Shown: one piece after another, positions 49,543 through 61,682 of the stretch
Position numbering within the stretch: the stretch's first letter is position 1
Layout of the letters: the number at the start of each line of letters is the position of its first letter
Assembly (NCBI GenBank): GCA_965644295.1
Contig: CBFFRP010000113.1
Location: 38,785-102,784 of the forward strand
DNA from: Paraphysomonas bandaiensis
Taxonomy: Eukaryota > Protista > Chrysophyceae
DNA: 64,000 nt
Reading direction: 5' to 3'
Translations under genes and position numbers: made by a program
The notes under the pieces: model-generated
What the model saw: the letters and a program-made list of their open reading frames with translations, nothing else
Database searches by the model: none
Told to the model about the DNA's origin: nothing

Positions 49543-50631
49543 ATGCTGCTGTTTCGCACAACTAGCAATTGTTTTGTGTGGCTTTATATTCTTATCTGCA
49601 GCACTGCTATCAGATCTGATATCCACTCCACTGGATATCATACGAAGAAGAGGCTCATTCATGGATATTGTAAGAACACGACAGAATTTGGAGGGGTTTG
49701 GAAGTTTCATAATGCATCTGAGAAGTCCACATATGCACTCTGTAAGTTATTTGGTGCCAGTATGATAGAGGACAGTCACACACACAACTACATGTGCTCC
49801 AATTATAGCTCTGCTACATTTGTGCCTCATAATTGTCGGCTTCTGACTTTTGCTCACTCCATTGCAATTATGAATTCTCACCTTCAGTACGGAAATATCG
49901 CTTATATAGGAGATTCCCTATCGAAGCAGCAATACATCGCCAGTCAGTGTGACCTTGAGCGACATGGTATTTCTAGCGGCTTTAAGTGGGAATTTCTTCC
50001 AGATTTATATTATCGTCCAGATTACCCCTGTGCATCGGAGTGCTTTACTAATGAGACATTCCGGCTCGTTGAAAGCAGGGTACAATCACCAAGAATAGAT
50101 TCATGCCAAAAGTGTAATGTGTCTAGAATTACGGGTATTGGCGCGTATAGTGAGTATTGGAAGCGTTACATTACTAATAGAACTAAAGTTATTATATTGA
50201 GTTTTGGGGCATGGTTCAACCGTGCGAAAGGTGTCGACGAGCCAGAGATGGAATATATTGCGACAGTGAAGCTTCTTGCGAAAGTATTAGCATCGTATAT
50301 CCACAACGGAGTGATAGTGGTGTGGATTGGCCTTCCCATTATCCCTCCACCACCCAGGGATCCTGTTTATGTGAGCATTTTCCATGATTATGGATGGGAT
50401 CTATACGAGAGCTATAACAAAGCTGCTCAAAATATTCTGAAACCTATTGGAGTCATATATGTTGATAATTTGAGCTCGCTTTTGCAGCAAAGAGTAATAA
50501 GAGACTCCAAAGTCGCATTGCTTAATCACTGGTGTAATCCTGGTATTACGGCTGTACCGTCATTCATAAATCAAGTCATATTCCATTTCGTCGCAATGCA
50601 TGTGTCGAAAAACAGAACAGCACATCCCTGA
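49543..50631 (+). CDS. Trichome-birefringence-like / PC-esterase (GDS...HWCxPG) protein
   Basis: N-terminal signal/anchor; FVPHNCRL, YIGDSLSKQQY, FGAWF and HWCNPG motifs. Confidence 0.78.
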   Translation: MLLFRTTSNCFVWLYILICSTAIRSDIHSTGYHTKKRLIHGYCKNTTEFGGVWKFHNASEKSTYALCKLFGASMIEDSHTHNYMCSNYSSATFVPHNCRLLTFAHSIAIMNSHLQYGNIAYIGDSLSKQQYIASQCDLERHGISSGFKWEFLPDLYYRPDYPCASECFTNETFRLVESRVQSPRIDSCQKCNVSRITGIGAYSEYWKRYITNRTKVIILSFGAWFNRAKGVDEPEMEYIATVKLLAKVLASYIHNGVIVVWIGLPIIPPPPRDPVYVSIFHDYGWDLYESYNKAAQNILKPIGVIYVDNLSSLLQQRVIRDSKVALLNHWCNPGITAVPSFINQVIFHFVAMHVSKNRTAHP

Positions 50632-51463
50632 CGTCATAATGAATTTTATTTTTGGTAAAGGACCAGTATTTTGAGAGAATATGGTAATTAGCAGCGCGAT
50701 AGTTGACCAATTTTAAAGTTGTGTGGAAGAAATATAGGATGAGCTTTTAGTGATGTTTTTGTTATTTTTTCTTTTATTTTTAATGCATTTTTTGTAGTAA
50801 AGTAATGCCTTAATCCTTTCTAATTATAATAGCGAATAGCGAATGTGTTGACTTACGGTATTCTTTTTCCTACAAAGTCACTTGCAGTTCTAATTGTGTC
50901 CGTTTGAATGATAAGATTAGTACTAAATTCTACGAATACATGTACAATGTACAACAAAAATATCAAACTATCCATAGTATTTACCATCCTTTCTTTCAGT
51001 AGTAATACAGTACATTTCGAACAACTGAATAGTGATGAGTGAGTATAAAATAGAACTTGTCCGAATACCTTTGTATTGCAACTACTACAACATTTGAAAA
51101 CTTAAAGCACCAACACTCTGTGATTGATGAATCGAACTATAATATAGCTTGAGACTTAAAAACACGCTTTAATGCTCTAGTTTGAAATGCTCCCAAAGCT
51201 TGCTATTTTTAATACTCTAACCTCCGATGTATGTATACGTGATTGCTAGTAAAATGCATCATCCGTAGAACACTACGTACTCACATAAATTTTAGGCTGC
51301 GGGATAACATATAATCATAGAATACATGATTAAATCTTATGACACGTAGTACGCGCGTCATAGTAATCACACATATGTCAACACGTCTATTACTAGTTAT
51401 ATTACACCACACACTATATGATCCAAAATATACACAGTGAAGAGGCATCCCTGTCGAATTGCA

Positions 51464-54290
51464 TCACGGCGCAAAGTTATCTTCGGCCCGGGAAGCATGT
51501 GGACTGTCAGACCGCCTTCTACTACTCTTGTGGCTGTTCCCTGTCCTCTTACTTGGGGCCAAATGTGATGGATCGTATGTAGGATACGGCGTGTTTGCTG
51601 CAGGGGAACGCAAGGCAGAGTTCGCCAACGGTGATAGCCCCATCTGCCTGCTGCCATATGCTGACGACGAGGGGGCACCTTTTCTCCTAGTTGTAGTCGG
51701 AGAAACCGTCGTAAGAGAGGGTGCATGCGTACCCGTGTCTCTTGCCTGTGATGAGGTAGTAGAGTACGTCTTGAGAGACGCTGATCCGGCAATATGTAGC
51801 GGAGAGTGCTTCGTTCGTACCCCTCCCGGGCTGCTCGTCGACGGAGATATGAAAGAGGCATTGTAGTCGGAAGATTCCCCAGTGGTCCCGCCAGCTTTGT
51901 GTGGTGTGTGTATAGCATTGTGATCGTCCTGTACATCCTTGTCGTCATGTTCAGTCCAAGAAGTCGTCTTCTTGAATCCCTTCTGTTTCCCCGACCGATG
52001 TGAGGGACTACTAGCTGCACAAATAGGTGAAAGACCGTGACTATTTTCCCCACCCTCTCGTCTAAGAGGCATCAATTTACCAGAAAGAGTGGTACTTGCA
52101 GTCGAATGACGACCCGATCGAGGGGCAGTGGAGTGGTTATCACTCTCCGCCTTCACATCTGCTATTGAAGAGTCCCAGCTGTCAGTGAAGTCTCCAGTTG
52201 CAGTACGTGGTCGACGAGGAGACAACAGAGTATCTTTTGGGGCAGCATTGGGATTCCTCCTCAAAGGAACCAGAACAAAGGAGGGCTTTGGGGATGAGGC
52301 TACAGACTCACTCTCCTCGTCCTGCTGAGAAGTCCGCGACTCTAAATAGAATGACGTTATAGATGAATAAAATTCAATGAACATATGTACCTCTTCGACT
52401 ACGACTGGGTGTTCCTGGTAGGTGCCGAGTGGGGGTACGATGCCCACCATCAGCAGAATCAGACATCGGGGAAGCGCCCACTAGTCTAGACACCACCCTG
52501 TCCATATCAAGCGTCTCAAGCCCATCGTCCTGTTCCATTTCACTAGAGGAAGGGCCAGTGAGTACTCCGGTTGATGAATCGTATTCATCTTCACTACGTG
52601 GGGGGTGAGGGGGGGTCCGCAGGGAAGGGAACATTTTGCTAGCAGTGGACATGGGAGACTCTTCCCCCCCTCCATTCCCGTCCATATGATCAGCAAGTGC
52701 AGTGGTACAAGTGTTGGGTGAGTGCGCGATGGGTGTAGGAAGGGTACCAGGGGCGCTCGCTGAAAGTTTCTGAACACCAGTCATTGGGGAAACCAAATCA
52801 CGCTGGCTACTGGAATGAGAGGGATCATAAGGAGCTCCAGATGTGGTCTTCATCCATACATGAGAGAATATTTCTGGTACGGAGGCACGTATAGAGGGGT
52901 CCACTCTCATCATACGTCGCACCAAGTCCTTCGCTTCTGGACTAAGTCCCTCTTCTATTTTATAATGGCCTTTCGATATTCGCGTACGGATTATAGTATC
53001 TCGAGGTCGCTTCGTACCAGCAAGGTCGGGCCCCTCAAATGGGAGACGACCACACAATAGAGCGAATAGAATAACGCCAAGAGCCCAGACGTCCAATGGA
53101 GGCCCCGCGTTAGATGTACCAAGGAAAACCTCAGGGGCAAGAAAGGAAAGCGTGCCACAGCTAGATTTCATCATGGCGCCCGGCCTAAGACAGCAAACGA
53201 GATCACATACACAAGGCAGAGCAGTAAAGACTGTGGGCACCTGTAGAAGGCCGACAGACCGAAATCTGCGATCTTCACACATGACAGGTCGGTAGTCTTA
53301 AGTAGAATGTTCTCCAGCTTCAAGTCTCTGTGGCAAATGTGCTGGTTGTGGGCGTACCCTATAGCGCTCACTATCTGTAGGACAACAACCATCAAGCAAT
53401 GGCAAAACGGGTGTTCTTTCACATACCTGGCTGAATACATGTCGCGCTTCATCCTCAGGGAGAGCGTAAGGAAAGGTTGAAAGTGTGCCCCCACTTTTAA
53501 CCGCCTCCTCTTGTCGGTCCAATAAATACTTAGCTAAGTCTCCGCCTTCCATAATCTCAAAAACGAGCACGACATGATGGGGAGATTCCAAATGCTGAGT
53601 TATGTCAGCGACGAAACGCAAGTAACTATAAGGATACCTGCATAAGTCTGATGATGTGCGCATGACGAAGTGCAGATAAACACTGAATCTCTGTCGTTGT
53701 TCTTTCAGCCGCACCCATACTTATGATTTCTGCTTTTCGTAAAAACTTTAGCGCCACCCGCTCTCCAGTGAGGTGGTGCTCTCCGATGCGAACTTCCCCG
53801 AAACCTCCGCGGCCCAGAACCTTTCCGATCTTGAATCCCGATATAACGCTTGGAATAGATTCCCAGGAGTGACCACCACGCATGTGAACACTGCCAACAT
53901 CTAGTCGGGGTGGAATAAAATCATCCCCATTGGATAGAAACAAAATGTCGTTGTCTTCTATCATCATACAGTCATCTATATCATGACCTGCCACACACAA
54001 CCCATCATTACAAAACCAACAAAATATTGACAGCAACAGCACCGTCTGCATTAAAAACGCGTTTCAAAGACATCGTTGTTCCTAGTCTCTGGGCACATGC
54101 ATTCAAAAATTCATGCAAGGTCCAGTCTGATTCAATGTGCAAATCTACGAATACACAAACCTGTCAGCTGAATCACGCACAATAACCTTATAATACCTTT
54201 GCATTTATCGAACTCTCCATTCAAATATATTTTTACGCACTTACGTTGTGCCTGACTATTGAACTCCTCATCATGTCCGTGTCGCCACAT
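51464..54290 (-). CDS. AMPK/SNF1/MARK-family kinase with N-terminal doublecortin-like domain, multi-exon
   Basis: [15 protein letters not shown] (DCX-like), [60 protein letters not shown]; long S/T/P-rich tail. Confidence 0.88.
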
Positions 54291-54956
54291 TATATACGTA
54301 TATATATATAGTAAACACTTCTAATGATGGGGTCAAATTAATAGAGATAACGATCTCGGTACATATGAATATAATAGACGCGCCATCAAGTCAGCAAAAC
54401 ACTTAATGGCAGCTCGAAATAGATCACCAGCTGACTTGAGCCTTATTGAATATGTTTGTTGTTGTTGTTGGATATGTTATGGTCATAATGCCGTTACCAC
54501 ACCACATGCGCAATATACACATACCGTATCGGCAGTCAGCATTAGTTTTCGGGAATATATTGAAGTAAAAATTATCTACATTACTGGAGTACAACTACAG
54601 CTGGAATACAGATAATTATTGTCTCAATATTAGAGGCATCTCTGAACAAAAATATACAAAGGATGCCGATACGACATACCTACCTACCTCCACACCTATA
54701 CCGTATACGTCTAGACGTACAACCTACATTGACTCTACATACATGCATACACACCACACCTATCCAACCTACCTACCTACACATACGTACCTTCCTACCT
54801 ACCTACACACACATACATACACATACATCCATAGAATAGAAGTGTGTGCGTGTACTCGTGTGTAGGAGGATATCTTTGTGTGGTGTGATATTAAGGGGGG
54901 TCTCAGCTTCATATTCTCCACGTGATCTAATTTCTTGAAGTAGCATCATAATAGCA

Positions 54957-55620
54957 ATGGAGATAGGAGTTGCGGGATCTTTAACTACGATGCCTGTGAT
55001 GTTGCAGCCTCATTTGAATGCGACTCAATGGTCCGACATAGCCTACATATTAAACTCAGGTATACAACTGCTGTATATACTACCTCTATGCGAGTAAGAC
55101 GATTGCTATTCAGCTGATAAAGGAGCTACCCAAACTTCTTGCCTCGCGGAACTCGCTTGTTGTTTTATGTGTGGTTTCCCATGCATATTTTGCTGTCATC
55201 AACCGATAAAGGATCAAGCTCTCAATTCAGCCCTACCGAGGTGAGTACTTATAGGAATGAAATTGTTGATATCATGAATTACGTAGGGAATGCAAACGTA
55301 TTAATACGCTCTATTTTCAAGGAAGACCTGTGTTCTCAAGTCGTCAAGGGGGGAGAATAGTGGTATATGAAAACAACATTTGTATTCAGTCGACGGAAGT
55401 TCACGCGACGGGGACTGTATTAACAGGGGTTGTTGTTAATGCAACTCCTGTACAGAGTGCGCCTGTTACTCATGATGCTAATCCACTTCCACAACCTTCT
55501 GCGCCCCCAAGTTATGGTTATGCTGGTTCCCAGGTAACAGCGCCTCCCACTTATGGCTCAGGCGACACAATCGGCTACCCTAACCATGCACCTGTTGAAT
55601 ATAGCAAGCAAATTAATTAA
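54957..55620 (+). CDS. Small Cys-rich membrane-associated protein (3 exons)
   Basis: Spliced reading MEIGVAG...QWSDIAY / LAELACCFMCGFPCIFCCH / ...PSAPPSY; GT-AG introns near 55060-55113 and 55241-55287. Confidence 0.6.
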
Positions 55621-56485
55621 TGCTATATATCTAATAGCATCGGTCAATATATTATCGCTTATGGAACTGTTTTCAAATGGATTCGTGCCTGTTTGAAATG
55701 CATCTTTATCGCCTGGTGTTATTGTTGATCCATTATATGGTATTATACTTTGTTCTACAGTTTAATAAGCAGTGTTTCTGATGACGGTGAGACGTATATT
55801 TAGTGGAGGATATATCATTTCTAGCCCACTGAGTGCGCTTGTGCTATATATATATAAAATCCATTAGTGTCAGTAGAACTACAAAATTGTGAAGCAATAA
55901 GACCTTTGGAAGTGTTCTTCAGTAGGCGAATAAAGAAGCTTAAAAACCTTGAAATCAGTGCAGAATCTAACATAAATATGCTAGCTACGAAAAAACGAAC
56001 TTCAGGAAGCAGATGCTGTGGGTGTAGTAGTCGAATAAAGAAGCTGACATGCAGCCTCATGTTGCTTCTCTCTAATAAATCTGAATCATAAATCACGTAT
56101 CAATCTTCAATGGTCATAAAATGTAAGTACCTCTCGGTGCGGTATTATAGGATTATATTTTATTAGTATGAGTTATTATGTTTGTATGTTAGATTATTTG
56201 CTAAGAAGTAAGTCTTGTACTTTAGATAGCGTTTCACCAATAGTATTGATGAAATTTTGAAACTGACCCAACAATTGATTGAGTAAATAGAGGATAAGTC
56301 ATCAGACGAATAATTAACACAATTTTAGTAACAAGGATCGCTTTAACATTTAACACATGTTATGATTTATTTAACAGTCCGGAAGCAGGTGCAGTACATA
56401 GAAACGTTAAATAAGTATTACTGGAACAAAATATGGCAGAATAAATCCAAAACGTCGAAATAGAAATAATAAATACCACTTCATC

Positions 56486-57005
56486 CCCTCAACAAATTCG
56501 GACTTGCACCTTTTCGTGGTGTTCTGAGAGATAAGTACTGGAGATCTTTCTCCGAGAAACTAACGTGAGCCGCATATAATGTCAGCAGATATAGTTCTGC
56601 CCCCTCGTAGCCAATTGCTTGTGTGGTACAAGGAAGACTAATAAGTTTTACTTTTGTGTAGACTAATAAATATTGGGCTGTCTGCTGAAGTCAAGCATCC
56701 AGGCTGTTCATCTCTTATGGACTCAAAAATCCTGAAGACGTTTCTCAATATTCTTCTTGCTCACTGCGTTTGTTTTGAGTGATAGAGAGAAAGCGGTTGC
56801 ATCTTAGTGCTTGCGGTGAATTACAATCAGCTATATTAGCGTTAAAATAGTAGGATATCAGACATATGCACATATACACTAGTTAGGTAAATTGTTTTGC
56901 TAAATTAGTTCTGACTCTTGAACGCCTATTTTGCTAATAACCAGACATCCACTACTAAGCGATGCATATTACCACGAGAAGGTGCAAGTCCGACTTTGTT
57001 GAGGG
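56486..57005. mobile_element. MITE with ~35-bp TIRs, CCC termini and 4-bp TSD
   Basis: CCCTCAACAAATTCGGACTTGCACCTTTTCGTGGT / ACCACGAGAAGGTGCAAGTCCGACTTTGTTGAGGG; CATC on both sides (56482-56485, 57006-57009). Confidence 0.85.
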
Positions 57006-57508
57006 CATCACTTGTTGCCTAACGATCAGTTCCGGGTATAGTATACAGATAAGCTAACTCTCATACCTCATACTGATACTGAAGAGCACACATATAATGA
57101 CGACAAAAAAGAGTGATAACACATCACGGGCTTTCCTATAAAATCTAAATATAAGGTTATTAATGCACAATACATAATATACAAAGTAGTATAGTTGATT
57201 TAATGGGGTATATGTGACGATGTAATGTGTGGTACACTTATATTGCCATCACTAAATTTATATGGAAATGAGTTGCTACTTTGGTGTAAATTAGGTATAA
57301 AAGATAACAAGGGCCTTGCTCGGCGTTTTCGCAAAACATACGCAAGTTTTCTTGTAAATACGTGTCATATTACTAACGATACATTACCACTCTACTGGGT
57401 CCTTAGAAAGGACAGATGTAGGATACACAGAGGCACAACAAATCCATCATTTATCGTGAGTGGAACATTAAGTTGGTTTAATGTACCATACTACTACGGT
57501 AACTTCAC

Positions 57509-60500
57509 CTAAAAGTCTGAAAATGACATTTTCACATCTCCGCCTCGTCCCCTACCTCTACCTCTACCGCCTCTACCTCTACCTCTACCCCGTCCTCTAC
57601 CTCGCCCACCAGCTGCCCGTTTGAACCTGATCTGGCGTAGGAGAGTCAGGTGGATTGAGCGGCCCGTAACGATTTCTGTTAGACTATAACGGAGTAAAAA
57701 GTATTACAGTATGACATATACACCGATCATTTTCTTACCTATTTAGCACATCATCACATACAATACACCCGGTGCAACTGTGCTCTCCATTGGCCAGTGG
57801 GCTCTTCTGAAGTTTGTTGAACTCAAATTGAACTAATCGTGTATTGCATTCATCGCAATTCTGACGAGGAACAGGAACGATATTGTGTATATTGGCGTGA
57901 AACCGCAAGAGGGTATTACATTCATTACAAGCCAGTTTCCAGTTAGGCTTACTGTTCACATCCAGTACTAACATGCCTGGACAGGGTTTGCCTTCTTCCG
58001 AGCTGTTTTTTTTCTCGTCATCAATTGTGTTTGGGCACGCACAGATTCCATTAAACACAACACTTTGTTTGCACGTAGGATGATAGCACTGATTGCATCC
58101 CATCTTTGATGCAATAGTTTTTCTTGCTGATCTATTGCGCGCGGGCGTCTGTTGCCCCGCATCTCCATTGGCCTCATCCACATCATCTTCAGTAGTAGAT
58201 TCATCATCTATTTCAAATGAAGGGGGGTGGTTATAGCAATAAGGGCACAGGGGATAACTTTTTCCCTGGGCGTTCGCACTGTTTCCAAGTGAAAACAACA
58301 CCAACTGATAATTATCCAACGGGCAACGAATCTCCATATACAATTTAATGGTACCATTTTGAGGTAGAGAATGTGTTTCTTCACAGTTTTGGCAATACAG
58401 TCTTTGGGGCTTCAAGGGAATATACCGCATATATCTCTGCACGATGAAAAAAGCTTTAAAACATGTGTTAATAATAGTTTAAAACACCTACCAAACACTT
58501 TCCACACTTGCTAAGAAACTTTCCAGTAGCAGCTAGTGGAGAAAACGACGCTTCAAATAAACTGTCCATTGCACCAATATTTTCAGTAAAGTAAATAAAC
58601 TTATGCTGAAAGTTCTTTAAAGAGTGACTGACCACCTACCACATGCATTGCAGTGAACCACATTGCAGTGTATGATTTATTTCTTACACACCTGCTCCTT
58701 TGTGGCTTGGCCTCTAGCTATCATATCACAGAACTTTTCAATCGTGGCTCTTACGTCAGGTAACACTAGATCCGCATCTATTCTATAATACCCATGTACC
58801 AGAACAACCCCCAAGGCAGTGGGAACCAGTGTCCGTCCTGGACCGAGCGTGACATAGTTTCTCACTATGATGTTGTTTATATGTGTTGGAATGGAGGCAT
58901 CAGTTCCAATTCCATTTTTTTCCATCTTTCCGATCAATTCACTTTCAGTCAGATAGCCAGGTACTGTTGTAAACCCTTTCTTCAAACTAGCTTCAACAAT
59001 GCGACAGTGTAGACCCTTAACCAGTTGAGAGGGTAACACCTGTTGGTCATAGTTTTCGTCCTCATCATCAACATCTTCACTTCGCTGTCTCCCGTAAACA
59101 GCAGTAAACCCCGGGTCAATTTCTTCTCGACCAACAGCGGTAAATGTCTCGCCTTTATTTAGTGAATTAGCATCGTGAACAGGGGCAAAACTAGCTTTCG
59201 TGACAAGAAACTTCGCGTCTTTAGAAATGGACGCAATAAAATGTCTTACAACAAGGTCGTATATGCGAGCCTCGTCTCCAGAGAGTGACGACAGAACAGG
59301 CATGCCCACAGGGGTAATTGGAGGGTGGTCACCCATATCCTTTCCCTATACGTTATATGAGTGAATGACAAATACATTGAACAAAAACAAGGCATGTATA
59401 CTGCAATATCACGTATCATGAATTCTACTTGATAGCATGATACTGAGTACATGTCAATAATTAAATGGGTAGTAGAAAGTGAATTCTTTTTGGTATGGTC
59501 ACAACAGGGACAGTAATTAGGAATTTAAGAGGCTCACTAGTACCTGTCTGGCATTATTGGGTCCTACTTTCAATAGCTCTTCAGCATATGAACCCAAGGA
59601 TGGATGTCTCTTCACAATGTCTAACGTTTCTCGTACATTGAACGAGGACGGATATGCCGTTGATTCAGTTCTTGGGTACGACAAATAGCCCGCAAGATAG
59701 AGATGCTCAGCGGATCGCATAGCTGCATGTGGGCCGATTCCGAGCATACTCGATGCGAGTTTGAGGAGGGTAACCGTGTTCATTGGAACAGGACGAGGTC
59801 GTTTAGTTTCAGCCTTTGTTACATTAGTCACCACCATGTCAACCCACCCCGTAAGAGACACCGACGACACACCAGATGTAACATCATCGCATACCTCAGG
59901 TCGAAGGGTGTGCAAAAATGCCCGGCAGATATCTTCATCAAAAAGACGTTTCCGTGACCAGTCCAGCTTCACTGGTCTGCCGCCCACATCGACACACACA
60001 TCGACACTCCAAAACGGCTCAGGAGAAAAAGTTTTTATTTCATCGTGCCGATCCACACAAAATCCAAGAGTTGGAGTTTGACAAGGCCCATAACTTACCA
60101 CACTACTATCTAAATCTCCATATTTTCCCTGGAAGTATCTTGTCTGGAATCTACTGAATGCAACACCAATCTTCAGATCCATCTCTTGACGTGCCTCAAC
60201 TGCCTTCGATTCGTTCTCATTCGGTGAAACCAAAGACCTCATTGCTTTCTCAATATCCTTAGCCGTAACGGCACTGAATTTAGCTCTATATATATTTTGC
60301 TGCTGCCCTGACTTCTTCATGTGCTTGTGCACGCAGCGTATAACTTCAAAACATATATTTTCTCCTTCGCGATCGCAATCTAACCAGAGCACCAACACAT
60401 CCATACCATGCGCCTCTCGTTCTAGATGCTTAATAATTCCTCCTTTCCCTTCAGGTGTACTTAACACGGGAGCATCAAAGAGTTCAGCCGGATTGATGTC

Positions 60501-60763
60501 CCAGCTCTGATATGCAGCAGGGAAATCAGTTGAAAATATATGACCAACCACTGATGTTACTCTATTCAACACACTCAACAGCAATCTATTCAATTATTTA
60601 TTATATCATACCTATAAAACGCTGATTTCCCTTGAAATGTACCGTTGAATTCATGTACAGGTGGAGATCGCCCTCGACTCGTCATCTGTCCTCTGGATAG
60701 AGCACTCGCTATAGCGGTACATATAGAGGGCTTCTCAGCTACCATAAGTACAGATACAGTCAT
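57509..60763 (-). CDS. TOP3B: DNA topoisomerase III beta (multi-exon)
   Basis: VLMVAEKPS, WLDCDREGENI, SYGPCQTPTLG, catalytic GYLSYPRTES, DHPPITP, GIGTDASIPTHI; C-terminal zinc fingers (CPLD, CPYCYNHPP) and RGG tail. Confidence 0.96.
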
Positions 60764-61682
60764 TTCTCTACTCTATCAGAGGATTGATTGGATGTTGAAA
60801 TGTTAGAGCAAGAAGTGTGGTTGGAGTTCTCTAGATATGAGGAGAGGCTATAGTTGCATGCTATATCTCATAGACATACTGACTGCTGTATACATACACA
60901 CAACATTCACATGCATACTTGTAGGCTATATAGCAGTACATACGTACACATCGAGACATATATACTTGTAGCAGTACATACACATACATACTTGCAGCAG
61001 TACATACACAATATACTTGTACAACAGTACAAACTGCTGTACTCTGTATATATATGGTACAGCAGTGCATCAAAAGCAGGGTTTTGTGTCAAAAACGAAA
61101 AGAAAGTGTGATTATTCGAGTGTATGCGATGTAACCAGAAATCATCTCTGCTTTCATTTTTTTTTGCTTTGGTATAAGCTGAAGTTCATACACAAAAATG
61201 CATTGCGGAAGTTTGACTTTTGTATTTGGCTTTCAACTTCAGCTTCCAGGATTATGCTCAAAGCAAATGTTGCTTCTGCTTTCGTAAGCACTTCGGCTTT
61301 CGAAAGCCAAAGGGCTCTGGCTTTCAACTACAAGATTTCAGTAGTTTTACGGAATGAAAGCAAAAAATGTAACAAAAACGTGGTTTTGGTTGTATCGCAA
61401 ACACTCTATTTATAGAAGGTCCGCTTTTACGAACACTTGTCGAACAGAACTGTAGTATGTGTATTTATGTGTATACTGTTGGCTGTATATTGCTATGAAC
61501 TGTGTGTATGTCAACTGACGTATATCTCTATATGTTACTTTAAACTGTCAATAGTGCCATGGAACAAGATGATTTCTACACCAGAAGTCGATATCTATCT
61601 ACTTGACCGTCGTATTCTCATCAACCCCTCCACTAATGCGATGCCTGTTCATATATATACGTGAAGGGGACTGTTAAGAGTC

